In this document: one piece after another, positions 13,075 through 28,439 of the stretch
How positions within the stretch are numbered: the stretch's first letter is position 1
Layout: every line of letters starts with the position of its first letter
Assembly (NCBI GenBank): GCA_012295275.1
Contig: CM022665.1
Span: 43,958,001-44,022,000, forward strand
Direction: 5' to 3'
DNA from: Chrysomallon squamiferum
Taxonomy: Eukaryota > Animalia > Mollusca
DNA length: 64,000 nucleotides
Notes under the pieces: generated by a model
Told to the model about the DNA's origin: nothing
Database searches by the model: none
What the model saw: only the letters and a program-made list of their open reading frames with translations
Translations under genes and position numbers: made by a program

Positions 13075-13900
13075 TTGCAGTCACGTGATTTGACAAACTC
13101 TGAAAGAGGAAACCGGTTTCCGCCAGTGCACGGTTTGTGGTTTACGATTAATGATTCTTTTTACGTACACTTCAGGAAATCGTATTTCATTAATTTCCAA
13201 ACTGAGCCACTGACTGGAACGGGATATATAACCCACGTAGCAGATTTAGTCCATCCAACCTGCACCAGCTTCAAATCAGCACTCAGTCACCTTTACTACC
13301 GTCTGATCCTGAATATCAGTTAATGTACAACACAGATAACAGAACACCTGAACTAAAAATAATTTGTTCGATAAACATTTATTTATTCCTGCTTCGTTTT
13401 TTTTTTTTTTTTTTTTTAACCTCGCCGGGCGAAATTTTTAACTTACGGCCTTTAGATAATAAATCGGATTTGTTTCGCTGATCGCATCACGTGACACGAC
13501 ATTTGGATCGAGCAGAGAAAAAAAATTCATCGCTTCATATCGCCTCTTTCGCCGAAGTCATTCAGCAAAAATATTGATCACGTGGTGCATTCTGGAATAT
13601 CGCGTCCACTTACAACTGCTGCTGCTGCTACGAGTACATGTTATAAAAATAGGCGGATGCTGGCGTATACGTCTTTTTCTTTTTTTGTATAACGTAATGT
13701 ATCGTTAATTACGTAGGTCTGACGATTTCGTCAACTTCGTGACGTTTTCGCGACAGTGCGTATAGTAGTAGTGGGTTGATTGCATTGCTGTTGGTATGGC
13801 GACCGGGCATGATGCTGGACATTAAATATCCAAATATAAAATACGACGCTATAAATAATGACGAGCTGACGTCATAACGTGCGATGCAAATAAACTGCTT
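13075..13900. promoter_or_regulatory. Candidate enhancer (CpG-rich motif cluster)
   Basis: TCACGTGA at 13081 and 13487, CACGTG at 13579, MEF2-type CTATAAATAA at 13849, perfect CRE TGACGTCA at 13867, octamer ATGCAAAT at 13884. Confidence 0.45.
13204..13300 (-). mobile_element. SINE fragment
   Basis: GAGCCACTGACTGGAACGGGATATATAACCCA parallels CACGGCTGGAACGGGAAAAATATCCCA at ~7654. Confidence 0.4.
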
Positions 13901-13922
13901 TGGTGTAAGGTTTCGTATTTTG

Positions 13923-13958
<36 letters not shown>

Positions 13959-14277
13959 TCATCGTCTTTTACGAATGTGAATCTAAATGCAGACCACCGA
14001 TTTTAAATAAATATTATTTCTGTTCAGTCAGTATCGATTGGTAATTTAATGACTAGGATTAATGGCACTGTTAATTAAACAGATTTTTTTTTTTTTTTTT
14101 TCTAAATATAATTTCTTAATATTGCTGTTACTATTTATTATATCAGCATGATTATTTTTGTAGCAAGATTAAAAGATGCTATTCCGGACCCGTTACTAAG
14201 GAGACTGCACGGTTTACTGAGGACAGTAGGATCGAAGATCTAAACTGAAAATATAATGTGTCAGTATTCATGCTAAA

Positions 14278-14388
<111 letters not shown>

Positions 14389-14592
14389 ATGTGTTGAGGT
14401 GAGATTCAATTGTCGTCTTCATTTGTCTTACAAATATTTAATTTTACAAAGCTGAATTTTATTTACGAGAACTGACAACACTTTATTATAAGTATGTTAA
14501 TTAAAACATCATAAACTTGACATAACTCTAGTTGTTTATGTAGTTTTCTAAACAGCAACAGCAACAACAACAACACAAATACAGCCTCCATC

Positions 14593-14679
<87 letters not shown>

Positions 14680-14797
14680 GCATGAATTAAATACCGAAAA
14701 CAACTATTACCCATGCAACAAGAAACAGCAGCAGCAACAACAAAAAAACAACAACAAAAACAAAACAAAAACCAAAAATAAAATAATAATAATAATG

Positions 14798-14829
<32 letters not shown>

Positions 14830-14846
14830 AGAAGGAATGAAGAAGA

Positions 14847-14901
<55 letters not shown>

Positions 14902-15169
14902 GTATGTATATATAATGTATATAAATATCCATTGTTTTTAACAAATAATTTAAATATCCATTGTTTTTTTAAATTTTGCATTATGCCTAAGTGCTGCTAA
15001 ATAATGTACGTAGCTAACCTAAATAGAACTGGTGATCTTTTATATAATTATTTCTGTATAAATTAGTCATGTTGTGCATAGCCTCTGGGATTTCGAAAAA
15101 AAAAAAAAAAAAAGATTTAGTTATAAAATATATATATATAAAAAAATGCAGATTTTCTTTATATAATAT

Positions 15170-15229
<60 letters not shown>

Positions 15230-15553
15230 GTATATTTAGTATTATGTTATTAATATCACCAAGTATCATAGCAACAGAATAATGATATATATATATATAT
15301 ATATATATATAGTTTGAAAAACAACAACAATAAAAATAATAATAACAATAATAAAATAATAATAATAATAATAATAATAAATAATAATAATAATAATAAT
15401 AATAATGCACGTAGCAGCATAATAGCAGCATTTCTAGTTAAAATAATGATAATATAAACTACTGTTGAGGTAGTTGTGATTGTTGTAGTAGTACTAACAG
15501 TACAAAAAATGTTGATGTAATGGTAAAACAAACAGTTCAATAGTTAAAACAAC

Positions 15554-15650
<97 letters not shown>

Positions 15651-16260
15651 GCTGTTGTTAAAACTATTACAACTAGAAGTACATTGATCAATTAACTCAC
15701 AACTGTAATCATTTCTACAACCGCACTTTCAACCCCGCAAAACGTCGTCTTTCAAACGTTAAATCACGAAAATCATCGTCTACGACGTTTCGACCACGTA
15801 GGCCATATAAAAACGTTCTTTTCCTTTCGACGTAGTTGTAATGCCATTGCCTATATTTGGTGTATGACATGACGTCGGGACACGTCGTTCACAAGTTGTC
15901 GGCAAAAAAAAAAAAAAAAAAAAATGACAGTCAGTTGATTGAGGAAATTCAGTTATTTCCTTTAACTTGTTGTAAGATAAAGTTTATCTGGTGCGAATTA
16001 CTAATAACACTCAGAGGCAGCACATTAAATCGAGCCCTTGTCTTTGCTCCGGTTTGTTGTATCATACATAACGTGAGAACAAAATTGTTTTGTGTGGGAT
16101 TTTTACGTAGTGAAATATAATATCACTAATAGCTGTGTTCCTCGACCACAGTGTTGTTTGTAAAGTAAAATGTTCATTGTTATCTGACTGGAGAGATAAA
16201 TAAAACTCTCACCAGACTGGAAGATATTATTATTTTTTTTATTAGGTGTCTGTTAGGCTC

Positions 16261-16329
<69 letters not shown>

Positions 16330-17449
16330 ATAGCTGTGGAATTTTCTGCAGTGAAGGTTCCATGGACATACATACACTAATGCAGAGAGAAGCAATCGGG
16401 TTTGGGAAATCTTTATCATTGCACGAAGAAAAAAAAAATCGAACTGTTTTTAAATATAATTAATTTTGCAACATCCAGTAAGCCAGTATCTTTTCACTTG
16501 TTAACCACCTTGTTTCACAACACTGAACATTTACTTCTGAATATTTAGTTTTAATAATTGTGCCTACAGGCCATCACAGAATATAAATAATTGCTGTTAT
16601 CATAAGGTCATGGCTTCCTCATTTGCATAATGAGTCCTCTTGTTCTTATTTTATCAGACGTGCCTTACGTCATCACTTGTTACATAGATGCGCTTGCAAA
16701 ATTCTGAATCATTATAAACTGAATAATGATAAAATTAGGCACAATGTAGATTAGTGCCTAGTGTTATGCAGGATCAATCCTTTTCTATCGCTCTCTCTAT
16801 CTATCATTCTATCTATCTATGTATGTATGTATGTTTATGTATGTAAGTATGTATGTATTTATATATATTCACACATAAACATAATCATAAATATATAAAT
16901 ATATAAATACATGAATTCCACAGAAACAACATAATCACCACAACACTCAAAAAACTGTAACAACAACAACAACAACAACAAAAAAAAAAAGATTTACATA
17001 ATTTATTAACCTTTTTGTCGTTTATCAGTTGTTTTGAAGTGACTAGAATCGGGTTTCAAACGATACAAACAACAAAAAAAAAATGGTGGAAATTTGACAG
17101 TGATTCAGAAACATCGGATTACAAAATAACCACATTAATTCATCTCAAAGATTTTTTTTTTTTTTTTTTTTTTTTATCGATAAATCTAAACTTTCCCAAC
17201 ACCATTAAAAATAAAGGAAACAATAATATACACATTCTTAAAAAATAAAACCTTCCACTGATCTATCGTTTTAAAGCAAAAACAAAGTGTGACAACAAAC
17301 GTTTAGAGATATGACGTCATCACTTTAATTAGTAATCGTCATTGTCGAATTATTCAGAGTGTGTCAGACATCACAAAACTCAGAATTGAAATGTAAACAT
17401 TGTTAAACGATTCACACGATTCATCTGCTGAGCATGTCTTTACAGTCGA

Positions 17450-18710
17450 GACAGACATCTTCTTATTAACCATTAATGATTAGTCCTGTGTGTCCAGGAC
17501 AGCAGTGCTTGAACATCCAGACACCAAAACGCTCTGCAAGAGAATGTAAGCAAGATTCGTAGAGTCTGGTTTTCTAATTCAGACAGATATTTCATATTAA
17601 CTTTTCAGTGCTTGAACCTTTTGGACATCAGATTGCTCGATATTCATATAAATAAATATCTCGTCTTAATAGAACAGAAGTAATAGAAGAAATACAAAAT
17701 TTGGAAGAGTGTATATTTATAATAATATAGACAGGCATTTAATATTTCCATTAATAAAGAAAAATTCATGTCCAGGACATTGATGCTTAGATTTTTTAAA
17801 TGCTCTACATTCTGGTTTTTTGAATTTTTATGAGACAACAAAATACACACGATTTGCAGAGCATATGATTATAACGAAGAACAAATATCGTTTCATAATA
17901 ACTACATCAACAGACGATTTATCCGGCTTCAAGAAAAACCAGAATTACAAGAAGACCAGTTTCAGACGTGTATTAATTTAGTTTAATATAGTTTCCTTCT
18001 AAACTTTTCACTGTTTTTTTTTTTTTTTTTTTTAATTTAAGTACAGATCAAGGTTTGGTCCAGAAAATCGGAAAATCCGGAAATCCGGATCACCTCCGGT
18101 CGCAAATTTGCCGGATGATATGATCTGGTTTGTGCTGTTATTAATAAATGAAGATACCCTTGTCCAGAACACGAAACCACTGTACGTACGTACTCCATGA
18201 CAACTAAATAATTAAAAAAAAAGTTTGATTTTAAAAAGCAGTCAATATTTTAAGCATATTTATCAACAACGTTAACTGCTTGTCAAAATAAATTTAAAAA
18301 AATAATAAAAGGGTAAACTGATACAGATTAAGTATTGATATTTTAAAATAAATGTGTTTTGGGAATTTGATACTGGGTCGTACGGTGGTGAAATTTCCAT
18401 ATGGTGCGTGCCGGGTTGACAATCTACTAAATCTGACGTCTGTGCTGCGTTCATAATTTAACAACCAACCAGCTTGCGTTTTTAAAGCCCGGATGTTTAC
18501 GATGACAACCTCAAGACGAGTAGCTACTGGGATCGAATGCAGTAACCGGCTTCTACTGAAAGTTAGTTAAATAAATGCGAAACTAGGTGAGGACTTCTTC
18601 TGAATGCTAATTTAGAAAATATAAAACGACTTTTCTGACGCTAACTAAACATAGCTGTAAAAAAAAAAAAAAAAATGTGTCTGTCCATGAAAGGCATGCT
18701 TGAACTGAGT
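17450..18710 (+). mobile_element. Patch of decayed SINE fragments (head ~18515-18557; tail-like pieces ~17450-17520, ~17605, ~17770, ~18680-18705)
   Basis: Recurrent TGTCCAGGACA...TGCTTGAAC word and a B-box-like TACTGGGATCGAATGC. Boundaries approximate. Confidence 0.35.
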
Positions 18711-19035
18711 CTCTGGGGGGGTAAAGAATTTCCAGATAAATGGTTAATAAAGACAGGTAAAGGAATGCAACAAAAAGTATAAAATATCAGCCATTCATTT
18801 TCAATTAGCATTACTAAATATATATATATTTTCAGTATTCAAACACGCCTATCATGGTCTCAAAATGCAGAAACCTCTCGGTTGCTGGTTCAGTGCAGTG
18901 TTTATATTAGTGTTTTAGACAATTAATTAGAAGGAAAAAATTAATAATAAAAAATAAATAAATAAATAAATTTAAAAATAATAATAATAATAATAAAATA
19001 ATAATAATAATAATTAATTAATAATCTTTGGTTTC

Positions 19036-19097
19036 TACCAGGACCAAGACGCGATCCTTGAACCTGCCAATCCTTTGACTGGCGTCTTAACCACTAG
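19036..19097 (-). mobile_element. tRNA-like SINE head
   Basis: The reverse complement CTAGTGGTTAAGACGCCAGTCAAAGGATTGGCAGGTTCAAGGATCGCGTCTTGGTCCTGG has A-box/B-box-like spacing and resembles 56594-56668. Confidence 0.45.
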
Positions 19098-19281
19098 ATG
19101 TGACAATCACTTGTAACAGTGGTTAATCGTCTCAGAGGTTTAAACTTTGTTCTGTGTGTGTACTGGGTATTAACGTTCTATTAACACCATTGTTCCCTGA
19201 TAAAAATAGCCAGGGGCGTGTCCACGTTTTCCTCCAGGGAGGGGTGTGCGTGTATGTGTCTTTGTGTGTGTGTGAGTGTCT

Positions 19282-19314
<33 letters not shown>

Positions 19315-19588
19315 TGAGTGTGTGTGTGTGTCTCGGATTGTTGGAGGTTTACTTAAATAAAAGATGGGTGAAAATATTGTTAAGAAGTATAGTTATAGAC
19401 ATATATGAATATATATATGTATGTATGGATGGATGTTTGTATATATGGATGGATGTATGAATGTAAGTACCTACACACACACACATATGTATGTATATAT
19501 ATATATATATACATACATACACAGACATATATATATATACATATATACATATACATATATAAACGTACATAATACATACATACATATA

Positions 19589-19619
<31 letters not shown>

Positions 19620-20003
19620 TTATATATACACATACATTTATATATGAAACAGAACTAAACATTTATCATTTACATAACTATAAACAAGTTAGTTTGGCCA
19701 GCACGTTAAGAAGCGTCTGTGAGCTTTTATCAGACACCTCCCAGATCTGTCCCTGCAGCACATACAAGATGCTGGAGAGACTATTACAAAGGTGGAAGGG
19801 AATTACCGGGTTTATATCACACTGACACAGATAAAGCGAGACTGTTATATAATACGTTGTGCAAGGTGTAATGAATAAGGATAGATTTATATTGTAGTTA
19901 TATAAAATTACGCACAGTCATGTTCGCATTCCTAGTAAGTAAATACCTAGATATTTATCCATGAATATATATATATATATATATAACATATACAAATACA
20001 TAC

Positions 20004-20038
<35 letters not shown>

Positions 20039-20272
20039 CACAGACTGTATAGCTTAATGTAGCTTAATACTAATAATAATAATAAAAATTAAAGATGATG
20101 ATGGTAATGGTGATGATGATGATGATGATAATAAAAAAAATGAAAATGAGGACGAGGATGATGATGACGATGATGATAATCATAATTAGCGTAATAATAA
20201 TAATAAGAAAACAATAGTAAGAATAAAAGTAATGACGACGTCAGCATCGTTGTCAGTAACAACTACAACAAC

Positions 20273-20326
<54 letters not shown>

Positions 20327-20849
20327 TTTAATAATAGTTATTAAATATTTGTGTAATTGTTATTCTTGCAGTTGTGGTAGTAGCTGTTGTTACTGTTACG
20401 GTATCGGTAGTAATAATAGCTTCTATTGTTGTCGCAGTAGTAGTAGTAGTATTTCAAACAAGATATTATTTTAGCTCTTCTTTGTTTTTTTTTTTTCGTA
20501 TACCTCTCGTTTACATTATTGCTACTTAATTATTAAATTTACAAAACGAAACTTTTTTTATTGTTGTTTATCTAACGTTTACTTAATTTAACATTACTAA
20601 AGGACCCACGCTAGAAACAAAAGCTGTTTTAACTGTATCTGTTCGACAGTTATTTATCTGTCTCTACGCATACATAGAGCTATGAAAAGATACGAAAACA
20701 AACATAGACGGTTTCCAGGTTGTAAATTATTCAGATAGCCTCCAGTAACTACAACAAACATATCGTTTAGTTAGCAGCAGCGCAAATCAAGGCAAGTAGT
20801 TAGGTAGTAAATCAAAGTTGCGAACGTAATACAGACACTGAGAGAGAGA

Positions 20850-21425
20850 ATACAATATTCGTGAACGAAAAATGTACGGCCATTACAGTCTGTGTGAACG
20901 TAATTTAGAGTTAATACAATGTTTGTGAACGTAATATAGAGTTAATACAATATTTGTGAACGTAATATAGAGTTAATACAATGTTTGTGAACGTAATATA
21001 GTTAATACAATATCTGTGAGCGTAATATAGAGTTGATACAATGTTTGTGAACGTAATATAGAGTTAATACAATGTTTGTAAACGTAATATAGTTAATACA
21101 ATGTTTGTGAACGTAATAAAGAGTTAATACAATATCTGTGAACGTAATATAGAGTTAATACAATATCTGTGAACGTAATATAGAGTTAATACAATGTTTG
21201 TAAACGTTATATACAGTTAATACAATATTTGTGAACGTAATATAGAGTTAATACAATATCTGTGAACGTTATAAATAGTTAATACAATATTTTTTAATGT
21301 AATAAAGAGGCAGTGCAATGTTTGTGAACGTAATGCGTAAAATTTGTACAATATTTCTGAACGTAGTCATGTTAATATAACGGTGTAAACGCAATACTGA
21401 AAACAATATTTGTGAACGTAGTACA
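20850..21425. repeat. 28-30 bp minisatellite (GTTAATACAATRTYTGTGAACGTAATATAGA), roughly 18-19 copies
   Basis: Homogeneous core at ~20910-21300 with degenerate flanking copies. Confidence 0.95.
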
Positions 21426-21621
21426 CGTGTGTTCATAACGCTGATGACAAAGGATACAATAAATAACAGTTAAAATGAAAATGATTATGATGATGATGAT
21501 AATGATGATAATGATGACGACGATTATGATAATGATAATAAAATGAAAATGATGATGAATATTGATCATGATTGTAATGAAATGGTAACAGTCACAGGAA
21601 CAAAAACAAACAAACAAACAA

Positions 21622-21652
<31 letters not shown>

Positions 21653-22293
21653 ATATTCTCTTTATTATTTAACATAAAACTCAATACAGCCGAAAGAGGA
21701 CACAAGCTGAAATTAAAGACTGATTTTTTTTTCTTTTTTCATTCTTCTTTCTTTTTCTTTTTTCTTTTTCTTCATTTTGCTAACGTTAACACCACTGTGG
21801 ACTAAAATAATATCTAATACAGTTATAACTGCTTGGTTCAACGACGGCGTCACGCGCTGGTACACACAACTACAGCTGCAGCGACCGTCAATTTATCTTG
21901 TTTTAAGCCGAACTTGACACATTCAGCAACTTCACTCACTCCACAAAAACCTGTCTCGGCTTCGGTAACAGTTACTCATCCGTGACCAAAGCAGAGGCTA
22001 AAAACGACAGATGGCGGGTTCAAATCCCGTTATTAATAAGCTTTTTTTTTGGTTTTGTTTTGTTCACACTACATTATGTTATTATCCTCATCGATCTGCA
22101 ATAATTTCATTAGCTGGGTGAAGTTGAACTGGGGCTTTGGAGATAACAGGTTCAAATCGTGTTAACGGTGTATTGCATGACAATCGATATCAGCGAGTTA
22201 GTGGGATCGTGTCACGCTAACCGCTGTAATAGTGACTAGTTTGTTAACTGTAAGGTTGAGCGTAGATGACCTTATGAACTTTGACCTAGAGGT

Positions 22294-22337
<44 letters not shown>

Positions 22338-22807
22338 GCGAATGTGTGATAATGTTGACTGGATGTAATACAGAATATATTATTGACAGAACAATGAAAT
22401 CTGTTTCTCGTTTCACCTGTATGTAAATTTAAGCCGCTAACTTTCTAACTTACTAACAGGTAACGTCTTTTCTACACGTGTCTCTCTCTCGTTCATTCAG
22501 TTTCTGTCCATTCGTCCATCGGTCTTTTCCCAGGTTAAATCTGTCTGTCATAATTTGTAGTATTTTTTACTTCCATCCATTATTCATCGACAGGTTTATT
22601 TTTTAAAAGTTGCAGCAGTTAGACACCGTAGTGGTTGTTAGTTTGGCCTTTATTTTGATTTTGTTGTTGTTGTTTTGAAGTCGTTATTTACATAGTTTGC
22701 GGGCGATTTCCGTATTTGTTGTTTATTTACTTACTTTTATTTCCTTTCTCATACATCAGAGATAAACAGATTCTTGTTTACATGCATAAAATTAGACACA
22801 CAAATAT

Positions 22808-22841
<34 letters not shown>

Positions 22842-22848
22842 ATGTATG

Positions 22849-22925
<77 letters not shown>

Positions 22926-23145
22926 ATATTTATACAGACACACACACAAACACATACACATTCATAGATACATATACTTATATACAGAAAATCATTCATG
23001 GATATATATATCACACACACAAATATATACATATCTAGTTTATTTTATATGCACATAATGATTATAATATATACACCGCGGTTTATCTGCATACATAAGT
23101 AAAACACGCTTACTTGCAATATGTAGATACGCTGACATGTATATT

Positions 23146-23182
<37 letters not shown>

Positions 23183-23224
23183 TATGTATGTTTTATATAT
23201 ATATATATATATCTGAGTGTGTGT

Positions 23225-23302
<78 letters not shown>

Positions 23303-23454
23303 ACACACACACACACAAACATATATATACATATACATAGAAACATATATAAAGGAGATAATGAACATCAGTTGGTACACAGAGCAACACACATAAACAG
23401 ATAATTAATTCTTGTCTATTTTACAGCAGACACTTAAAATCGCTAACCTCATCC

Positions 23455-23727
23455 CCCCCCGCCCCGAGGCCGCGAAGTCAGCAGGCTCACTCCCCCACAC
23501 CCTCCAACCCACCCATCCCCCATCCCGTGGTGACGTAACGAGTTCGCCGAATCAAAACCCCAGTCTTCTCTGCTAAGCACGGCGCTATGTATTAACTTAT
23601 TACACGTAATTGGGCAAGGGTCGAGTTGTAAGTTTCGTGTGTGACGTAACATGTTGATTTCGCTTGACCCGGTTCGTGGACGGATCGCTGTTACAGGTCA
23701 GTCGGGCGTTCTCTGCAGCCGGTACGT
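23455..23727 (+). promoter_or_regulatory. CpG-rich island with two GTGACGTAAC sites and a donor-like site (possible further alternative first exon)
   Basis: GTGACGTAAC at ~23530 and 23641; CCG|GTACGT at 23721/23722 followed by AT-rich repeats. Confidence 0.3.
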
Positions 23728-24520
23728 ATGTAAATTACTCTTTGTGCATAATAATAGTAATAATTATAATTATAATAATATTCGTAGATAGGTATGTTGT
23801 GTTGTGAGTGCATGTGTGTGTTGTCTAAGTGTTTGTGTGTGTGTGTGTGTGTGTAGGTGTTTTTGTAATATATGCAAATCTGTATTTATATATCATGTTT
23901 GTGTATATATATCTCATGTCTGTGTCTATGTCTATATGTATGTATCTATGTATGTATGTATGTATGTATCTATCTATGTATGTATGTATCTATCTATCTA
24001 TCTATCTACCTCTATCTATCTACCTACCTACCTACCTACTTATCTATACCTACCTACCTACTTATCTATCTATCTACCTACCTACCTACCTATCTATCTA
24101 AATATATATATATATATATATATTTTTTTATATATGTAACTATCTTTCTGTATATATATACACACACACACACGTTTTTTATATATATATGTATATATAT
24201 ACTTATATAAAAAATGTGTGTATGATTATACACCCTCGTGTTTATATCTTTCTTTATAAATTGTATAAATTATCTGATGTGTGTGCCTATTTATCTTCAG
24301 TTCTATAGATAGACAGATAAATAGAAACGGGATATCTTGTGGTTTTAATTTTTTTTATTTTTTTAATAAATGTGGGTTACTGTGTATATATGTAAACAGA
24401 ATAAGGAAATATAAACTGTACTCGCAGCGGGTAGATTATAGATAACACGTTTGGACAGGTAGCTGAAGTACCTTTATGAGTGTGATATCTACACCTTTAT
24501 TATGTTTTCTAAATGGTGTG

Positions 24521-24616
<96 letters not shown>

Positions 24617-24855
24617 CGAACTAAAAACATAGAAAAATTGTTCTCGCATATTGTAGTAATTATAATAAATAAATAAGAAATTCGGTATGAGAAAAATCTG
24701 ATAACTGAAAAGTTTAACGATACGGAAACAGCATAATCTAAATAATATGCATGACAGTTTTTAAATAAACTATAAATTTATATTAAATTCACACAAACAC
24801 ACGCTCACACACACATCCATCACAAATTCTAAACTATATATTTATATTAATTTTA

Positions 24856-24903
<48 letters not shown>

Positions 24904-25075
24904 AACGATTTTTTTGTTCCTTTTGCTACTAAATATCAGATCATTTTATCTAACATTAAATTTGCATATATCCGAACTACCATATCTGAATAAATTACAA
25001 AATATCGGAATATTGTAGTGACTTGTCAGTTTCCACTTTAAAGAAATATCTCTCTCTCTCGCTCCCTGTCTCTCT

Positions 25076-25106
<31 letters not shown>

Positions 25107-26894
25107 ACACACATACACACACACATATGATTGATTGATTGATTGATTGATTGGTTCGTTGCAGTGAAATACATTTTAAATCAAAGCCTAAGAATATAAA
25201 AAAAAAAAAAAAAAAACAGCAATAAAACAACAACAAAAAAGAATTTTAAAAAGTCACTAATAAAAATGAAAAAGCAAAAAGCTAACAGTTTATAATCGCT
25301 AAAAACAGCAGCTGACATTTGAACCCAGCACTTGAGACTCACTTTGCTTGTCATTTGGCAATGTACATTTCGCGGTGAGGAAATGCGTACACGTTATGAT
25401 GAATGACCTCCCTGGGTCGACAGGTCGACAGGTCGCCAAGGCGAAATTTGTGAAATAAATATTAACGGTAAAAATTCCTTGAAGAGAAAAATTGTTGTTG
25501 TGTATGCCCCGGGGCTGGATTTACTGGGCAGTCGTGGACACACCCCACCCCCACCCCTCTAAATCTAACCAGAATGTCTTATTTAAGAATTTTTAGTCAT
25601 TTTCTGTAATCATAAATAAAATAATTTAGTTAGACCCAGCAATATTTGTTAAGGAATATTCTATATGTGGGCTATGACCCTCTTTTTTTTTTTTTTTTTT
25701 TTTAATAATTATACTGAAATGTTATGAAACTTTGCCCTTGTTTTGTGTGGAACTAGTATAATTATATTAAATGTGGCGGTGTATGGATGAATAAATTTGC
25801 ATATATTTGTTTTTATTATTCAAAAAATCCCTTACGGGTTAATTATAAACCATTAAGAATAATTTAATTATTTTAAATTAGGGACTGAAATTTTTAATAT
25901 TTATGTATTATAAATTATTCTGAAAGTGAAAATAAACGTGCAGAACAGTAAATTTTTGTATTAAGTAATTAACAGAATGTACAAATGTTTTTTAACATTT
26001 ACAGTAAAATCGGGGACATAAAATATTAAAATGTAAATTTGTATTTCTTTTCTATTTTTCTTTTTTTTTTTTTTTTTTTTTTTTACCTTTTCTTCTTTTA
26101 AAAACAAAAAAAAAAAAAAAAAAAAATTAAAAATTGCCTCAGTCAAAAATGGGTTACATAATTTTGTTTCAACGAAATCGAGTTGTAATTCTGCTTGTAA
26201 ATAAACCGGTATTCGGTTACGACTGCGAGTAGGTAAAGATGCAAGCAAGCAGTGTGCAGCGTAACAAACGAAACACATCTAGTCTACGTGTGAGATAACC
26301 TATATGGCTGGTTTGAAAGCCAGACAACGTTAATGAATTTTCAATATACACTGGCTCGCTCGCCTACCATCATAGACATTTCCAGCAGATAAAAGTTGTA
26401 TTTTCATTGGCACTGGGTTTTTTTTTTTTTTTTTTTTTTTTTTTCTACTGATAATCGTAAACGCCTGAAGATAACGAGAATTATACAGAATAGGAAATAC
26501 CTGTGAGTGTTTGTTTAATGTAACATTGATGACATTGTTTAATCGATTGTAAAACACGTGCTAATTGTAAAACTTACAGACTGAGTAGAAATAATCGTTG
26601 AAAGGTAGTCTCTCTCTCTCTCTCGTTATCTAATTACATGTGTCTTTCTATCCCTTCACTCCATCTGTCTGTCTGTAAGTATATCACTATATGTCTGTTT
26701 ATTTATCTGTCAATCTACCTATCTGTCGAATGATATATATTTCTGTATAAATGCGGAGCACTTGTTAGAATGGGGAAAAATATTAAAAAATTCTTAGAAT
26801 ATAAATATTTTGTCATTATTAGGTATTCGTTTGGCCGTAATAAATACATTTTACTATAAATAAATAATACTAATACCATTACTAATACTAATAC

Positions 26895-26928
<34 letters not shown>

Positions 26929-27675
26929 GATATATGATAGTGATGATGATGATAATAATACCTTTTGTAACATGCAATAAGGAAGATAAATAATTTTTTA
27001 CACGTTTTAAAACGCCCGGTCTTCTAATTGTAACATTAAAAATGCGATGATCTTGCGGTTGACCTATGACCCGAGAAAGAAAAAGCTGTCGGACATCTAA
27101 TTATTCCCTTAAAGGGCGGTCTGGTCTCTAGCACGCGAGAAAAGCCTCGACAGCAATTAATCCCAGCTCAGCCAATCCGTGTCCATGACATATCGTCATC
27201 TCATCAGCAGCGAGAAATATCGTCTGCTACAGTTACTGTAAAACCGAAGTGACGTCTGCTATTCGCACTAACAAAGCGCTTTGATTATGACGCGTTTCAC
27301 AACATAGTACCAGTTTATACAAGGCAAGTGTTTCGAAAAAGCCGGAGCAGAAGAATATTTAACAGTTATTTTACGTTTTTGTGTGCGTGTGTGTGGGGGT
27401 GTTGTTGTTGTTGTTGTTGTTTTGTTGTTGGTTTCACTGAGGAAAGATAACGAAAGAAAGGAAAACAAAAAAACCCAACGAAAACTGGATAGAAAAAGTG
27501 TTACTGTTTGTGCTTTCTGGACCACTTGTTCTCTTCGGCCGTTTAATTCTCCACTCCATGCGCCGACTGAGAGATTACTGAAGTCGTGTTCGCCACACTT
27601 TGCGGAGGGAGGGAGCCGGCCAGCGGGAACAGCCACTATTTGTATTGTTAAGCAAATACACGCGTGCTTTCTCGC

Positions 27676-27818
27676 TATATACAGGCAGCTGGGCCGAGAG
27701 ATCGGTCGCGTTACAACTAAGCAGATTATTGTTCACAAATTTCAACGGATTTTGTCAACTCGTAGTTTTCATTCTAGAACCAGAGCGGATATTACTTACA
27801 TTACAATTAAAGGTAAGG
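27676..27818 (+). promoter_or_regulatory. Candidate alternative promoter and non-coding first exon (~27700-27812)
   Basis: TATATA at 27676-27681 in a CpG-rich island, then ~110 nt without ATG, then a strong donor AAG|GTAAGG (intron would start 27813) and an abrupt shift to T-rich sequence. Confidence 0.4.
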
Positions 27819-27855
27819 TAACATTATTTTTTCTGTTCGTCGTAAAATGTTGTCT

Positions 27856-27890
<35 letters not shown>

Positions 27891-28439
27891 TTACTTACCC
27901 GCTGTTTTTATTTATTTATTATTATTATTATTTTTTAAATCTTTTTTTTTTTTTTTTTTTAATTTGTGTTTAAATTATTGCTGTTGTTATTTAAGACACT
28001 TTTATTTATTTTTTTAAAATAATTTTTATATATATATATATATGTTCTCAGCTCGGTGACATTTATTTGTTTACTATATTTTACTTGTCAGCGTGTGATA
28101 ACGAAATAGAAAAGAAAAAGAAAATGAGACACTGACTGGTATTGTGAAGCTATTTGTTTTCGAAGTACTTGTTACAACGCCGCAGTAGAATTTAAAAAAA
28201 AAAAAAAAAAATCCCCAACAACAAACCTTTGTATCAATAAATATCACTAACAGTCTTCTTTTTCTTCTTCTTCTTCTTTTTATTAATAACCCACCCCTTT
28301 AACTTCCCCCATCCAATGGGATTTAAAAACCAGTTTTAATTCATTAAGGACAGTTTGTGTTGTGGTTTTTTTTGGGTGAGAATTAACTAGGGGCAGTAAT
28401 ATCGATATTCGAGTACATCTTGTAAATTATATCAACGGC

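Noticed and set aside
18060-18120. AAATCCGG short repeats as a DNA-transposon end
   Set aside because: Too short, with no partner terminus or TSD found.
20850-21425. CRISPR-like appearance of the ~30 bp repeats (also 3746-3852)
   Set aside because: Head-to-tail units with no unique spacers, no cas genes, and a eukaryotic context.
27383-27973. 196-aa ORF upstream of the gene
   Set aside because: GTG start, runs through (GTT)n and (TTTA)n repeats, no homology I recognise; better explained as a promoter or non-coding exon region.
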